Assembly: GCF_963456385.1 (NCBI RefSeq)
Contig: NZ_CAUOLF010000003.1
Location: forward strand, 51,515 to 115,514
Length of the DNA: 64,000 bases
DNA from: an uncultured Streptococcus sp.
GTDB lineage: Bacteria; Bacillota; Bacilli; Lactobacillales; Streptococcaceae
Direction of reading: 5' to 3'
The translations under genes were made by a program, and so were the position numbers. Of the stretch, positions 1 to 10,540 are shown in pieces. How positions within the stretch are numbered: position 1 is the first letter of the stretch; every line of letters begins with the position of its first letter. Under the pieces are notes generated by a model. That model made no database searches and was not told the DNA's origin. It saw only the letters and a program-made list of their open reading frames with translations.

Positions 1-2
1 TG

Positions 3-728
3 ATTACGCTCAAAGGTTACAAGCAGCTGTCTGAGGCTGATGTGGTCATTTATGCAGGCTCCTTGGTCAATCCAGACTTGCTCAACTACTGTAAAGAAGG
101 AGCTGAGATTCACGACAGTGCCAGCATGCACTTGATGGAAATCATCGATGTCATGGAGGCTGGAGTCAAGACTGGTAAAGATGTGGTTCGTCTGCAAACG
201 GGAGATTTCTCCATTTATGGCTCCATTCGAGAGCAGATCGAAGAGATGAAGAAGCGCGATATAGAGTTTGACTGTACGCCGGGCGTCAGTTCTTTTCTGG
301 GAGCTGCTTCCAGTATCGGGGCAGAGTACACCGTGCCAGAGGTTTCTCAAAGCCTCATCATTACTCGGATGGCCGGCCGGACGCCTGTGCCAGATCGGGA
401 ATCTCTGAAAAGCTATGCTCAGCATCGGACCTCTATGGCCATCTTCTTGTCCGTTCAAGGCATCGAAAAGGTCGTTAGCGAGCTGATCGAGGGTGGCTAT
501 CCTCCAGAAACGCCTGTGGCTGTTATTTACAAGGCGACTTGGCCGGATGAAAAGAAGGTCTTTGGCGATTTGACAAACATTGCTGAGAAGGTCAAGGAAG
601 CTAAGATTAGAAAAACAGCTTTGATTTTGGTCGGTGACTTTTTAGGTCAGGAATTCTACTATTCCAAGCTCTATCATGCAGATTTCCAGCATGAGTTTAG
701 ACGGGGGAAGAGCAGCCATGCCAAGTAA
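3..728 (+). CDS. cbiF: cobalt-precorrin-4 C11-methyltransferase (5' end outside window)
   Basis: Tetrapyrrole methylase motifs ([33 protein letters not shown]); frame open from the window edge; precedes cbiG. Confidence 0.95.
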   Translation: MTLKGYKQLSEADVVIYAGSLVNPDLLNYCKEGAEIHDSASMHLMEIIDVMEAGVKTGKDVVRLQTGDFSIYGSIREQIEEMKKRDIEFDCTPGVSSFLGAASSIGAEYTVPEVSQSLIITRMAGRTPVPDRESLKSYAQHRTSMAIFLSVQGIEKVVSELIEGGYPPETPVAVIYKATWPDEKKVFGDLTNIAEKVKEAKIRKTALILVGDFLGQEFYYSKLYHADFQHEFRRGKSSHAK

Positions 729-1779
729 TTCTCAACCTCGCTACGCAATCGCAACAGTGACAGCGGTCGGCAAGGACTTGGCTCTGACTCTGCGAGAAAA
801 GCTGGTCAAGGAAATCCCTATCTATACGACACCTCGATTGGCAGATGACAGGGTCATTGCCATCGAAGGACGTGTGATTGAGGCGCTTGGTCAGCTCTTT
901 CAGGAAGTGGATGTCCTCATTTGTATCATGGCTATCGGTGCAGTTGTGCGAGCTATTGCTCCGGTCTTGAAAGACAAGGCGACTGACCCAGCTGTGGTAG
1001 TCATGGATGAGAAAGCGACCAATGTCATTAGTCTGCTGAGCGGACATCTAGGCGGAGCCAATCAAGTGACGCTAGACATCGCAGAATTGCTCGGTTCCAA
1101 TCCTGTTATCACGACAGCGACAGATGTGCAGAATGTAACAGCCTTGGACAATCTGGCCAAATCAGTCAATGGCTGGCGGCCGGAATTGAGAGAATTCATC
1201 AAACCTTTCAACAGCTATCTAGGCAGCGGCCGAACCGTCTATTTCTATCAGGAAAAGGACTGGGTTACGGACCTTCGCGGTCTGACTCTGGTGGATGAGG
1301 AAGGACTTGTGGCTGTTCTCAAGGGAACGGAACCGCTGATTCTGCTGACTACAGAAAAAAAGGACCTTCAAAGAGAAAATCTGGCTCTCATCTATCCTCA
1401 ACCCTATATCTTAGGAGTTGGTGCTAGGAAAGATGTGGCTCCTGCTGTCTTCCGAGAAGGCTTTGAGGAATTTTGTCAGCAGCAGGGGATTTCTGCCAGC
1501 GAGATTTCTAAAATTGTCAGCATTGATGTCAAGAAGGATGAAGCAGCCATTCTGGCCTTGGCTGAGGAATTGAGCTGTCCCTTTGAGACCTTTACTAAGG
1601 AGGAGCTGTCTGTTGTAGCAGACCGCTATCCTCAGTCAGATTTTGTCAAAAAGACAGTCGGGGTCGGCAGTGTCGCCTTGGCCAGCGCAGATTTGGCCAG
1701 TCAGGGTCAAGTCCTGACAGAGCGCTTTGCCAAGAACGGCTGTACCTATGCGCTTGCAAAAGCAATAACCAAAAAGTAA
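718..1779 (+). CDS. cbiG: cobalt-precorrin-5A hydrolase
   Basis: [36 protein letters not shown] motifs; ATG at 718 overlaps cbiF end. Confidence 0.93.
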   Translation: MPSNSQPRYAIATVTAVGKDLALTLREKLVKEIPIYTTPRLADDRVIAIEGRVIEALGQLFQEVDVLICIMAIGAVVRAIAPVLKDKATDPAVVVMDEKATNVISLLSGHLGGANQVTLDIAELLGSNPVITTATDVQNVTALDNLAKSVNGWRPELREFIKPFNSYLGSGRTVYFYQEKDWVTDLRGLTLVDEEGLVAVLKGTEPLILLTTEKKDLQRENLALIYPQPYILGVGARKDVAPAVFREGFEEFCQQQGISASEISKIVSIDVKKDEAAILALAEELSCPFETFTKEELSVVADRYPQSDFVKKTVGVGSVALASADLASQGQVLTERFAKNGCTYALAKAITKK

Positions 1780-1858
1780 ATCAGAAGAAAAAGCAGATGG
1801 TCCTATGAACCAACTGCCCTTATAAAATTTTATCATACCCATAAAGGAGAAAAAATAT

Positions 1859-2584
1859 ATGTTATACGTTATCGGATTAGGCCCAGGTAAAGAAGAATTG
1901 ATGTCACAAGAAGCATTGGCTGCTATAGCAGATTGTGAAATTATCGTCGGCTACTCGACTTATATGCGGTTGATTCTTGATTTAGTCAAGGACAAGGAGC
2001 TCGTAGCGAATGGTATGCGTCAGGAAATCGACCGTTGCCAAAAGGCTATTGATTTGGCTAGAGAGACCGGCAAAAATGTTGGAGTTGTTTCCAGTGGAGA
2101 TGCCGGAGTCTATGGAATGGCTGGCTTGATTTTAGAATTGCTGGGAGATGCCAGTGATGTAGAAGTTAAGGTGGTTCCAGGTATCACAGCTAGTCTGGGT
2201 GCCGCTGCTGCTATGGGAGCTCCTCTTATGAATGACTTCTGTCATATCAGTCTGAGTGACTTGATGACTCCTTGGGAAATGATTGAGAAGCGTCTGCATG
2301 CCGCAGCTCAAGGTGACTTTGTTGTCTGTCTCTATAACCCTCGGAGTAAAGGACGTCCAGACCATTTGGCAAAAGCACTTTCTATCATGTCTGAGTACAA
2401 GTCAGAGGATACTATTGTCGGTATCGGTAAGGACATTGGCCGTAAGGATGAGGAAATCATCTTGACGACTATCAAAGACTTGGATGAGACTTTGGTAGAT
2501 ATGACGACAATCGTTATCGTTGGTAACAAAGAAACTTATGTTAAAAACGGACGCATGATCACACCTCGAGGATATACTTTATGA
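1859..2584 (+). CDS. cbiH: cobalt-factor III/precorrin-3B C17-methyltransferase
   Basis: VIGLGPG, SSGDAGVYGMAG, DFCHISLSDLMTPW, YNPRSKGR, MITPRGY; AAGGAG SD. Confidence 0.96.
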   Translation: MLYVIGLGPGKEELMSQEALAAIADCEIIVGYSTYMRLILDLVKDKELVANGMRQEIDRCQKAIDLARETGKNVGVVSSGDAGVYGMAGLILELLGDASDVEVKVVPGITASLGAAAAMGAPLMNDFCHISLSDLMTPWEMIEKRLHAAAQGDFVVCLYNPRSKGRPDHLAKALSIMSEYKSEDTIVGIGKDIGRKDEEIILTTIKDLDETLVDMTTIVIVGNKETYVKNGRMITPRGYTL

Positions 2585-3330
2585 TGAAATTACTGCTGGG
2601 AGGGACATCCGACAGCACCGCTATTTTAGAAGTGCTTGACCGCTTGAAAATCGATGTGACCAGCTCTGTTGTCACAGACTACGGCCGGTACTTGGCTTCC
2701 AAATACGGCCAGCCGGTCATTCAGGGGCGATTGACAGCCGATGATATGGTTGCCTTCATCAAAGAGAATGATGTGGATGAAATCATTGATGCCACCCATC
2801 CTTTTGCGGATATCGTTTCCAAGGAAGCCATTCGGGCGGCAGAGATGGCTGGTGTATCTTACCTGCGCTTTGAGCGTCAGGCTACCTTGGATTTGAGCGG
2901 GGCCATCGTGGTGCATTCGACCCAAGAAGCCATTGATGAGATTGCTAAGCGCGGCTACAAAACAGTCTATCTGGGAACGGGCAGTAAGACCCTGCCGCTC
3001 TTTGTCAATGGCCTACCAGAGCAGCGGATTGTCGTTCGCGTTCTGCCGACTTCGGAAGTGCTTCTGGCTTGTGAGCAGCTGGGACTGGTAGCGGATCAGA
3101 TTGATGCGATTAAGGCTCCATTTTCCAAAGAGTGTAATAAAGAGCTCTTACTGCGCTCGGGAGCAGATGTCTTTGTTTCCAAGGAGAGCGGTACGGTCGG
3201 TGGTATTCGTGAAAAGATTGATGGCTGTCAAGAGCTGGGGATGGACTGCATTATCATCTCTCGGCCAATTGTGGCCTATCCGCAGATGGTTTCTAGCTTA
3301 GAAGAGCTAGAGGCTTATCTGACAAAATAG
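2581..3330 (+). CDS. cbiJ: cobalt-precorrin-6A reductase
   Basis: LLGGTSD, IIDATHPFA, YLRFER, VSKESG..GG..EKI. Confidence 0.95.
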   Translation: MMKLLLGGTSDSTAILEVLDRLKIDVTSSVVTDYGRYLASKYGQPVIQGRLTADDMVAFIKENDVDEIIDATHPFADIVSKEAIRAAEMAGVSYLRFERQATLDLSGAIVVHSTQEAIDEIAKRGYKTVYLGTGSKTLPLFVNGLPEQRIVVRVLPTSEVLLACEQLGLVADQIDAIKAPFSKECNKELLLRSGADVFVSKESGTVGGIREKIDGCQELGMDCIIISRPIVAYPQMVSSLEELEAYLTK

Positions 3331-3348
3331 CTAATAAAAGGAGAAAAA

Positions 3349-4788
3349 ATGTCCGGTTTAGTAACATTACTGGGAGCAGGCCCAGGCGATGCGGAGCTGT
3401 TGACCCTCAAAGGTAAGAGACGGCTTCAAGAAGCAGATGTCTTGGTCTTTGACCGCTTGGTCAATCAGGAGCTCTTTCAGCATCTAAAGTCTGACTGCGA
3501 AAAGATAGATGTCGGTAAAAAGCCAGGCCAGCCCTGCATCCAACAGGAAGAGATTGAAAAGATTCTCATCGAAAAAGCCCGTCAGGGCAAGCGGGTAGTC
3601 CGCCTCAAGAGCGGTGATCCCTATATCTTTGGCCGAGGCGGAGAAGAAGGAGTCAAGCTGGTGGAAGCTGGTGTGGACTTTGAAGTGGTGCCAGGTATCA
3701 CCTCTGCTGTGGCTGGTCTGACCTATGCAGGGATTCCTATGACTTATCGGGATGTAGCGACTAGCTTCCATGTCTTTACAGCCCATCTCAAGGATGAGAC
3801 AGAAATGCTCAATTGGGAAGCAATTTCTGAGCTCAAAGGAACCTTGGTCTTTCTCATGGGCATGAAAAATCTGCCTTCCATCGTCCAAGAGCTGACGGCT
3901 AGAGGCTATGGCAAGGACAAGCCAGCCGCCATCGTTGAATGGGGAACCCATCCTCAACAGCGCTCGGTGGATGGAACCTTGGGTAACATAGTAGAACTAG
4001 CAGAAGCTGAGGACTTTAAGGCGCCGAGTGTCATCGTGGTAGGTGATGTCGTGGCCTATAGACAGCAGCTGAATTTCCATGAGAATCTGCCGCTTTTTGG
4101 CCGGAAAATCCTCATCCAGCAGTCAGAGACGGGCAGACTTCCTCGCTTGCTCAGGGATGCTGGAGCTGCGCTGACCACTTTCCCTGCTCGAGATTTGGTT
4201 GAAGGGTTAGAATTGCAGCTGCCGGACTTGGAGCAGGTAGACGGTCTCCTCTTTGCAGACATGCAGAGCTGGCCGCTCTTCTTGAAAGCCCTCCGCAAGG
4301 CAGGCAGAGACTTGCGCAGTCTGCCGGACATCCGCTTTGCGGCTATTGGTCATCATACGGCTAAGTCTATCGAAGCGAGCGGGATTGTGCTGGATCGGAT
4401 GACGCCTCAGCAGTCGGATGCGGATTTTGCAGCTGCTCTTGAAAAAGAAGGCGGCAACTGGTATATTGTAACAGCTGAGCATAAGAAAGCCAGTCTGGCA
4501 GAACTATATTCTCGGCCGATTATTGCTAGCCACAGGCTGGCCTTTGACAGTCAGATTAGCAGTGACAATTGGTCAGAGATTGAAGTTGTCTGTCTTCCGA
4601 ACTCTGCTGCGGCCATGAACTTTGTAGCAGCCAGTCAGGAAGCTGGATTCGACTGGACAGATGTCCCTATCGTTGTCATGGGTGCTAGCACGCGGGCTGT
4701 TTTAGAGGAAGCAGGCTTTAGCAATATTGTTGAGACAGATGAAGCGACGATTGCTTCCATCATTGATAAATGTCGGGAAATTCTCTGA
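3349..4788 (+). CDS. cobA: uroporphyrinogen-III C-methyltransferase fused to a HemD-like domain
   Basis: LLGAGPGDAELLTLKG, VVRLKSGDPYIFGRGGEE, VPGITSA; C-terminal half after PLFGRKILI is HemD-like. Confidence 0.92.
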   Translation: MSGLVTLLGAGPGDAELLTLKGKRRLQEADVLVFDRLVNQELFQHLKSDCEKIDVGKKPGQPCIQQEEIEKILIEKARQGKRVVRLKSGDPYIFGRGGEEGVKLVEAGVDFEVVPGITSAVAGLTYAGIPMTYRDVATSFHVFTAHLKDETEMLNWEAISELKGTLVFLMGMKNLPSIVQELTARGYGKDKPAAIVEWGTHPQQRSVDGTLGNIVELAEAEDFKAPSVIVVGDVVAYRQQLNFHENLPLFGRKILIQQSETGRLPRLLRDAGAALTTFPARDLVEGLELQLPDLEQVDGLLFADMQSWPLFLKALRKAGRDLRSLPDIRFAAIGHHTAKSIEASGIVLDRMTPQQSDADFAAALEKEGGNWYIVTAEHKKASLAELYSRPIIASHRLAFDSQISSDNWSEIEVVCLPNSAAAMNFVAASQEAGFDWTDVPIVVMGASTRAVLEEAGFSNIVETDEATIASIIDKCREIL

Positions 4789-4801
4789 AAGGATAAAGGT
4801 C

Positions 4802-5569
4802 ATGAGTAAAGCTATAGTAGTAGTCAGTTTCGGAACGACCTATCCCGAGACCAGACGCAAAACAATTGAGGCTTGTGAGCAGGCTATTCAGGAACATTTT
4901 CCAGACTATCCGGTACACCGAGCTTTTACATCCAATGTCGTTAGACGGCGGATTAAGAAGCAGGAAGGGCTAGATATTCCTACGGTCAAAGAGGTTTTGG
5001 AGCAGCTCTTGGAGGCGGGCACTGAAGAGGTCTATATCCAGCCTCTCCATGTCATTTTGGGCAGCGAGTATGAGAAGATTCTCGCTCAAGCCAAAGAGTT
5101 TGAATCAGCTTTTAAAAAGCTGGTCGTTGCCAAGCCTCTGCTCAACAGTCAGGAAGACTATGAGGCTGTCAAGGATATTCTGCTGGAACGGTATGGCCAT
5201 GAAGGTCAGGATGCAGCAACAGTTCTGATGGGCCACGGCAGTCAGCATTATGCCTTTACAGCTTATGCAGCCTTGGATCATATGATGAAGGGAAACTCAG
5301 TCTATATCGGATGTGTAGAAAGCTATCCTCCGGTTGAGCTGATTGAGCAGGAACTGAAGAAAGAAGGTGTCCGAGAAGTTCATCTAGCACCCTTCATGCT
5401 GGTAGCGGGTGACCATGCGACCAATGATATGAGCTCAGATGAGGAAGTTTCTTGGTATCACTTCTTCAAGGAGCGGGGATATGAGGTCAAGGCCCATCTG
5501 GTCGGTCTGGGCGAATATCCTGAAGTTCAGCAGCTCTACATCCAGCACTTAGAAGAAATCATCGAATAG
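4802..5569 (+). CDS. cbiK: sirohydrochlorin cobaltochelatase
   Basis: VVSFGTTY, RAFTS, QPLHVI.G.EY, LMGHGS, PFMLVAGDHA.ND; ATG at 4802. Confidence 0.95.
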   Translation: MSKAIVVVSFGTTYPETRRKTIEACEQAIQEHFPDYPVHRAFTSNVVRRRIKKQEGLDIPTVKEVLEQLLEAGTEEVYIQPLHVILGSEYEKILAQAKEFESAFKKLVVAKPLLNSQEDYEAVKDILLERYGHEGQDAATVLMGHGSQHYAFTAYAALDHMMKGNSVYIGCVESYPPVELIEQELKKEGVREVHLAPFMLVAGDHATNDMSSDEEVSWYHFFKERGYEVKAHLVGLGEYPEVQQLYIQHLEEIIE

Positions 5570-5578
5570 GAGGAAGGC

Positions 5579-6280
5579 ATGGCAAAATTTTACGGAATTG
5601 GTGTGGGACCGGGTGATAGCGAGCTAGTGACTATCAAGGCCAGTCGGCTTTTGGAAGACTTAGATATTCTCTATACACCTGAGGCTAAGAAAGGGAGTAA
5701 GAGCTTTGCATTAGGCATTGCAGAGCCCTACCTGAAAGAGCAACTGGAAATCAAGCAGCGGCATTTCCCTATGGTCCGTTCCAATTCGACCAAAGAAGTC
5801 CAGTGGCAGGCCATCTCTGCTGAAATCGCAGAGGATGTCAAGTCTGGCAAGAATGTCGGCTTTATCACACTGGGTGACCCCATGGTCTATAGTACTTACA
5901 GCTATCTGCTGGCCCTGCTGGAAAAGGAAATCGACTGTCAGACCATCCCTGGTATCACCTCTTTCTGTAGCATGGCTTCTGAGCTAGGTCAGCCTCTGAC
6001 CATGGATGAGGAGTCTCTGGCGGTCATGCCGGCTACGGCTTCAGCTGAGAAGATTGAGGCGGCGCTTGAGCTGCATGACTCGATTGTGCTGATGAAGGTG
6101 GCCAATCACCTAGATACTGTCCTGCCTCTGCTAGAAAAGCTCGGTCTCTTGCAGCAGACTTTTATGGTTAGCAATTCTTCGACGGATAAGCAGCAGACCC
6201 TGCTGGGCCTCGAGAGAATCACACCAGAAACCAAGCTGCCTTATTTTACTACCTTCCTCGTGAAAAAGAAGATTTTTTAA
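5579..6280 (+). CDS. cbiL: cobalt-factor II C20-methyltransferase
   Basis: FYGIGVGPGDSEL, FITLGDPMVYSTY, IPGITSF, VLMKV. Confidence 0.95.
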   Translation: MAKFYGIGVGPGDSELVTIKASRLLEDLDILYTPEAKKGSKSFALGIAEPYLKEQLEIKQRHFPMVRSNSTKEVQWQAISAEIAEDVKSGKNVGFITLGDPMVYSTYSYLLALLEKEIDCQTIPGITSFCSMASELGQPLTMDEESLAVMPATASAEKIEAALELHDSIVLMKVANHLDTVLPLLEKLGLLQQTFMVSNSSTDKQQTLLGLERITPETKLPYFTTFLVKKKIF

Positions 6281-6349
6281 TATCAGAACCCATGTTCATG
6301 GATAAACATTCATCCTTTTGAGCTTAGGTTCTTAGTAAAGGAAAAAAAT

Positions 6350-7084
6350 ATGAAACTATTGAAAAATAAAAAAGTAACTTTTGTGGCCTTGTTGGCTATT
6401 TTGGCGGTACTGAGTACCCAGTCTGTGTCAGCTATGCATATCATGGAAGGCTATCTTCCACTCTTTTGGTGTATCTTCTGGTTCGCCGTATTCCTGCCTT
6501 TCTTTGTGGTCGGCTTGATGCGTATCAAGAAAATCGTTGCAGAGGATCCAAATTCCAAGACCATGCTGGCCTTGTCCGGTGCCTTTATCTTTATCCTGTC
6601 TTCTTTGAAGATTCCGTCTGTTACAGGATCTAGCTCGCATCCGACTGGGGTTGGTCTGGGGACAGCTATGTTTGGTCCGTCCGTTATCAGCGTTTTGGGA
6701 ACCATCTGTTTGCTCTTCCAAGCCCTCCTCTTGGCTCACGGCGGCTTGACTACTCTGGGTGCCAATGCCTTCTCAATGGCAGTGGTTGGTCCATTTGTCG
6801 GTTATTTTGTCTATAAGTTTGCTAAATCCATCAAGCTGTCTACACCGGTATCTATCTTTATCTGTGCGGTGATTGCGGACTTGGCGACTTATGCGACAAC
6901 TTCTATCCAGCTCGGTTTAGTCTTCCCAGATGCTAATAGCGGTTTTGTTGGTTCTGCATTGAAATTCATGGGTGTCTTCTTGACCACTCAAATCCCGATT
7001 GCTATCGTAGAAGGATTGCTGACAGTTGTCCTCTATAACTTGATCTCAGAAAATATCAAAGAAAGAGCAGGTCTGTTCAAATGA
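6350..7084 (+). CDS. cbiM: cobalt ECF transporter S component, with signal peptide
   Basis: Signal peptide ..SVSA followed by [30 protein letters not shown]. Confidence 0.96.
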   Translation: MKLLKNKKVTFVALLAILAVLSTQSVSAMHIMEGYLPLFWCIFWFAVFLPFFVVGLMRIKKIVAEDPNSKTMLALSGAFIFILSSLKIPSVTGSSSHPTGVGLGTAMFGPSVISVLGTICLLFQALLLAHGGLTTLGANAFSMAVVGPFVGYFVYKFAKSIKLSTPVSIFICAVIADLATYATTSIQLGLVFPDANSGFVGSALKFMGVFLTTQIPIAIVEGLLTVVLYNLISENIKERAGLFK

Positions 7085-7386
7085 AAAAATATAAGAATAT
7101 CATCTTAATCTTGGCTGCAGTAGCAGTCACTCTAGCTGCCTTTATCTTTGCCCCTAAGGGTGTGGAATACAGTGGAACAGATGACGCTGCTGAAAAAACC
7201 ATTAGCACTATCCAAAAAGACTACGAGCCTTGGTTTTCACCGATTTTTGAGCCAGCAGGTCCGGAAGTAGAGAGTCTGCTCTTTACCCTGCAAGGCAGTA
7301 TCGGAGCGGGGATCATCTTCTATGTCATTGGCTACCACAAAGGGAAAAAACAAGGCCAACAAAAGGAACTTTCTGAACATAAATAA
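7081..7386 (+). CDS. cbiN: cobalt transport accessory protein
   Basis: [27 protein letters not shown]. Confidence 0.95.
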   Translation: MKKYKNIILILAAVAVTLAAFIFAPKGVEYSGTDDAAEKTISTIQKDYEPWFSPIFEPAGPEVESLLFTLQGSIGAGIIFYVIGYHKGKKQGQQKELSEHK

Positions 7387-7503
7387 AAGCCTTCAACAGT
7401 AAGAGCGAGCTCTGGTTCTTGATAGCGATTCAGCTTGTCTGGGACCGGAGTTGCTCTGTGCTGGGAGGTATTGCAAAACATAGCTAGAAAGGAGAGCTAC
7501 CTC

Positions 7504-8178
7504 ATGTTTGCGATTGATAAATACGCCTATCAAAACCGGTTGAAAAATCTGCCGGTTGCTTATAAATTTGTCATCTATGTACTCTTGTTAGCTGTCAGTT
7601 TTTCTGGTGTCAGGAGTCTGCAGCTAGGGCTCATTGTCTTGGTGGCGCCTCTGACTTGCTATCTAGCTCGGCTTCCGTGGTTGCGCTATCTAAAGTGGTA
7701 TCTGCACGCCAGTATTTTTATTCTGATTAGTCTCTTGACCTTTATCTTGACCTATCAGAATAATCAGGAACAGCTCTTGCTGGCCTTGCCTTTAGGTCAG
7801 GGTTATCTGGGTATCAGCCAATCCTCTGTCCAGCAGACCATTTTTATCCTTTTGCGCATCTACTCATCCTTGGTTTCGACTTATTTCTTTGTCCTGACGG
7901 TACCTTTTGCTCAGATGCTGCGGCTTTTTAAAGCCATGCACGTCCCGCGGGTTCTGCTAGACTTGATTGTCCTCATGTATCGCTTCATTTTCCTGGTCTT
8001 CTATGAGTTTGTGACCATTCGGGATACCTTGGACTTGAAATTCTCCTTTTACAATAAAAGGAAGCAACACCAGGCTTGGGGTAGATTAGCCAATACTCTC
8101 TTTGTCAAACTGCTGGATGATAATCAGCATTTAAATGAGGTGCTGACGCTAAGATTTGATGCAGAGCACAGTGAATAA
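7504..8178 (+). CDS. cbiQ: cobalt ECF transporter T component
   Basis: MFAIDKYAY.NRL, hydrophobic, LMYRFIF; ATG at 7504 after AAAGGAG. Confidence 0.9.
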   Translation: MFAIDKYAYQNRLKNLPVAYKFVIYVLLLAVSFSGVRSLQLGLIVLVAPLTCYLARLPWLRYLKWYLHASIFILISLLTFILTYQNNQEQLLLALPLGQGYLGISQSSVQQTIFILLRIYSSLVSTYFFVLTVPFAQMLRLFKAMHVPRVLLDLIVLMYRFIFLVFYEFVTIRDTLDLKFSFYNKRKQHQAWGRLANTLFVKLLDDNQHLNEVLTLRFDAEHSE

Positions 8179-8240
8179 TGAAAGCGCATTTACAAGAAGA
8201 CTGCTTTTATACTATAATGGAAAGTAGATAGGAAACTCAG

Positions 8241-9056
8241 ATGTTACAAGTGAAGAATATTTCTTTTGCGTATGACGAAAATCCAACGCTGCACGATATT
8301 TCTATGGACTTCGAAGAAGGCCGGATTACCGGCATTCTAGGAGTTAACGGCTCAGGTAAGTCTACCATCATGAAAATTATCACCCGCCTGCTCAAACCGC
8401 AGAAGGGCAGCATTTTATATGATGGTCAGCCTGTGGGCGACTCTAAGAAGGCCTTGTTTCAGTATCGGCAGCATGTCAATATGGTCTTTCAGAATCCAGA
8501 GCAGCAGCTCTTTTATACCATTGTGAAGGACGATATTGGTATGGCCTTGGAAAACTTAGGCTATGAAGAAGACGAGATAGCAAGCAGAGTCGCGACGGCT
8601 TTAGAGATGATGGACATTTCCCATCTGCAGGACAGACCCTTGCAGTATTTGAGCTACGGCCAGAAAAAGCGGGTGGCTATTGCTGGCATGCTGGCCCTGC
8701 AGCCCAAGTATCTGCTGCTGGATGAGCCTACGGCAGGACTGGATCCAAAAGGGCGGGACCAGATGGCAGCGACCATGAAAAAGCTGGTCCAGGCTGGAAC
8801 CAACATTATCGTATCCAGCCATGACATGGATCTGATGTATGACTGCTGTGACTATGCCTACCTACTGGAGAAGGGGCATTTGATCGCACAGGGCAGCAAG
8901 TTTGATTTCTTCCAGCAGGGAGATCTGCTAGTAGAGGCAGGCTTGGCTGTACCTTGGATTGTCAAGCTTCATCAGACTATCCAGACGCCACTGGCAGAAA
9001 ATGAAGCTGCTTTCTTTGAGCAGCTAGGAGGAAATGGAACATGGTCAAATCATTGA
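8241..9056 (+). CDS. cbiO: cobalt ECF transporter ATPase
   Basis: GVNGSGKS, VFQNPEQQLF, LSYGQKKRVAIAG, LDEPTAGLDP. Confidence 0.95.
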   Translation: MLQVKNISFAYDENPTLHDISMDFEEGRITGILGVNGSGKSTIMKIITRLLKPQKGSILYDGQPVGDSKKALFQYRQHVNMVFQNPEQQLFYTIVKDDIGMALENLGYEEDEIASRVATALEMMDISHLQDRPLQYLSYGQKKRVAIAGMLALQPKYLLLDEPTAGLDPKGRDQMAATMKKLVQAGTNIIVSSHDMDLMYDCCDYAYLLEKGHLIAQGSKFDFFQQGDLLVEAGLAVPWIVKLHQTIQTPLAENEAAFFEQLGGNGTWSNH

Positions 9057-10540
9057 TGGTACAGGGGACTGCCTCAGATGCTGGAAAAAGCATTATTGCG
9101 GCGGGCCTCTGTCGGATTTTTAAGCAGGATGGCCTAGAAGTGGTGCCTTTTAAGTCGCAGAATATGGCGCTTAATTCCTTTATTACCAAAAAAGGAGATG
9201 AAATGGGCCGGGCTCAGGTTGTTCAGGCTGAGGCAGCTGGTAAAGAGCCGGATGTCCGCATGAATCCAGTTCTGCTCAAGCCAACATCTGACCGCAAGTC
9301 CCAGGTCGTCTTTTTAGGCCGTGTACTGCGGGATATGGATGCCGTCGAATACCATGAATACAAGCAGCAGCTCCTGCCTAAGATTAAGGAAGTCTATGAG
9401 GAGCTGGGCGCTGAGAATGATATCATCGTCATTGAGGGTGCTGGCAGTCCAGCTGAAATCAATCTCAATGACCGAGACATTGTCAATATGGGCATGGCCA
9501 AGCTGGTTGATGCGCCAGTGATTTTAGTGGCGGATATTGATAAGGGAGGCGTCTTTGCCTCTATCTACGGAACGATTGAGCTCATGCCGCCTGAGGACCG
9601 CAAGCGGATTAAGGGGGTTATTATCAATAAATTCCGCGGCGATGTGGCCTTGCTGCAGTCTGGTATTGACATGATTGAGGAGCTGACTCAGGTGCCGGTC
9701 ATCGGAGTCGTGCCTTATGCCCAGCTGGATATTGACAGCGAGGACAGTGTCGCACTGGTGCAGAAAAGCCGGCGCTTTGATAGCAGAAAGAGTCTGGATA
9801 TCGCAGTTGTCAGCCTCAAGCGCCTGTCCAACTTTACGGATTTCCACAGTTTAGAAATCCAGCCGGATGTTTCTGTCCGCTATGTCCAGCCTGGTGATGC
9901 AATTGGTCGGCCGGATCTCTTGATTCTGCCGGGCAGCAAAAACACCATCGAAGACATGAACTACCTGCGAGAGTCTGGTCTTGAAGCTGAGATTCTCGAG
10001 TGTCTAAAGCAGGGCGTGCGAATCTTTGGTATCTGTGGCGGCTATCAGCTGCTGGGGCAGAAGATTAGTGACCCTCTGCACCTAGAGTCTGACTTAGAAG
10101 AGATTAGCGGTCTAGGTATTTTAGAGACAGAGACGGTACTTCAGCCGGTCAAGCGGACGACTCAGGTCAGAGCCCTGCATGAGGGGCAAGAGCTAGAGGG
10201 CTACGAGATTCACATGGGGGAAACCCAGCTGGCGGATAGTCTGGAGCCATTCTCCATCATCAAGGAGCAAAATGGTGAAGCAGCCGAGCGACTAGATGGA
10301 GCAGTGGCTTATGGTGGGCAAGTACAAGGAACCTACCTTCATGGGGTCTTTGACAATCTAGAATGGACTCGACAGTACCTGAATGAACTTCGTCTGGCTA
10401 AGGGCTTAGAGCCACTAGAGGACCAGCTTGTCAGTATCAAAGACTTTAAAGACAGGGAGTATGATAAGTTGGCAGACATCCTTCGCCAGTCTTTGGACAT
10501 GGAGCAGATCTATCAAATCATCAACAGAGAAGAAAAATGA
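9041..10540 (+). CDS. cbiP: cobyric acid synthase
   Basis: MVQGTASDAGKS, PFKSQNMALNS, IEGAGSPAEINL, GICGGYQ, GTYLHG. Confidence 0.97.
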   Translation: MVKSLMVQGTASDAGKSIIAAGLCRIFKQDGLEVVPFKSQNMALNSFITKKGDEMGRAQVVQAEAAGKEPDVRMNPVLLKPTSDRKSQVVFLGRVLRDMDAVEYHEYKQQLLPKIKEVYEELGAENDIIVIEGAGSPAEINLNDRDIVNMGMAKLVDAPVILVADIDKGGVFASIYGTIELMPPEDRKRIKGVIINKFRGDVALLQSGIDMIEELTQVPVIGVVPYAQLDIDSEDSVALVQKSRRFDSRKSLDIAVVSLKRLSNFTDFHSLEIQPDVSVRYVQPGDAIGRPDLLILPGSKNTIEDMNYLRESGLEAEILECLKQGVRIFGICGGYQLLGQKISDPLHLESDLEEISGLGILETETVLQPVKRTTQVRALHEGQELEGYEIHMGETQLADSLEPFSIIKEQNGEAAERLDGAVAYGGQVQGTYLHGVFDNLEWTRQYLNELRLAKGLEPLEDQLVSIKDFKDREYDKLADILRQSLDMEQIYQIINREEK

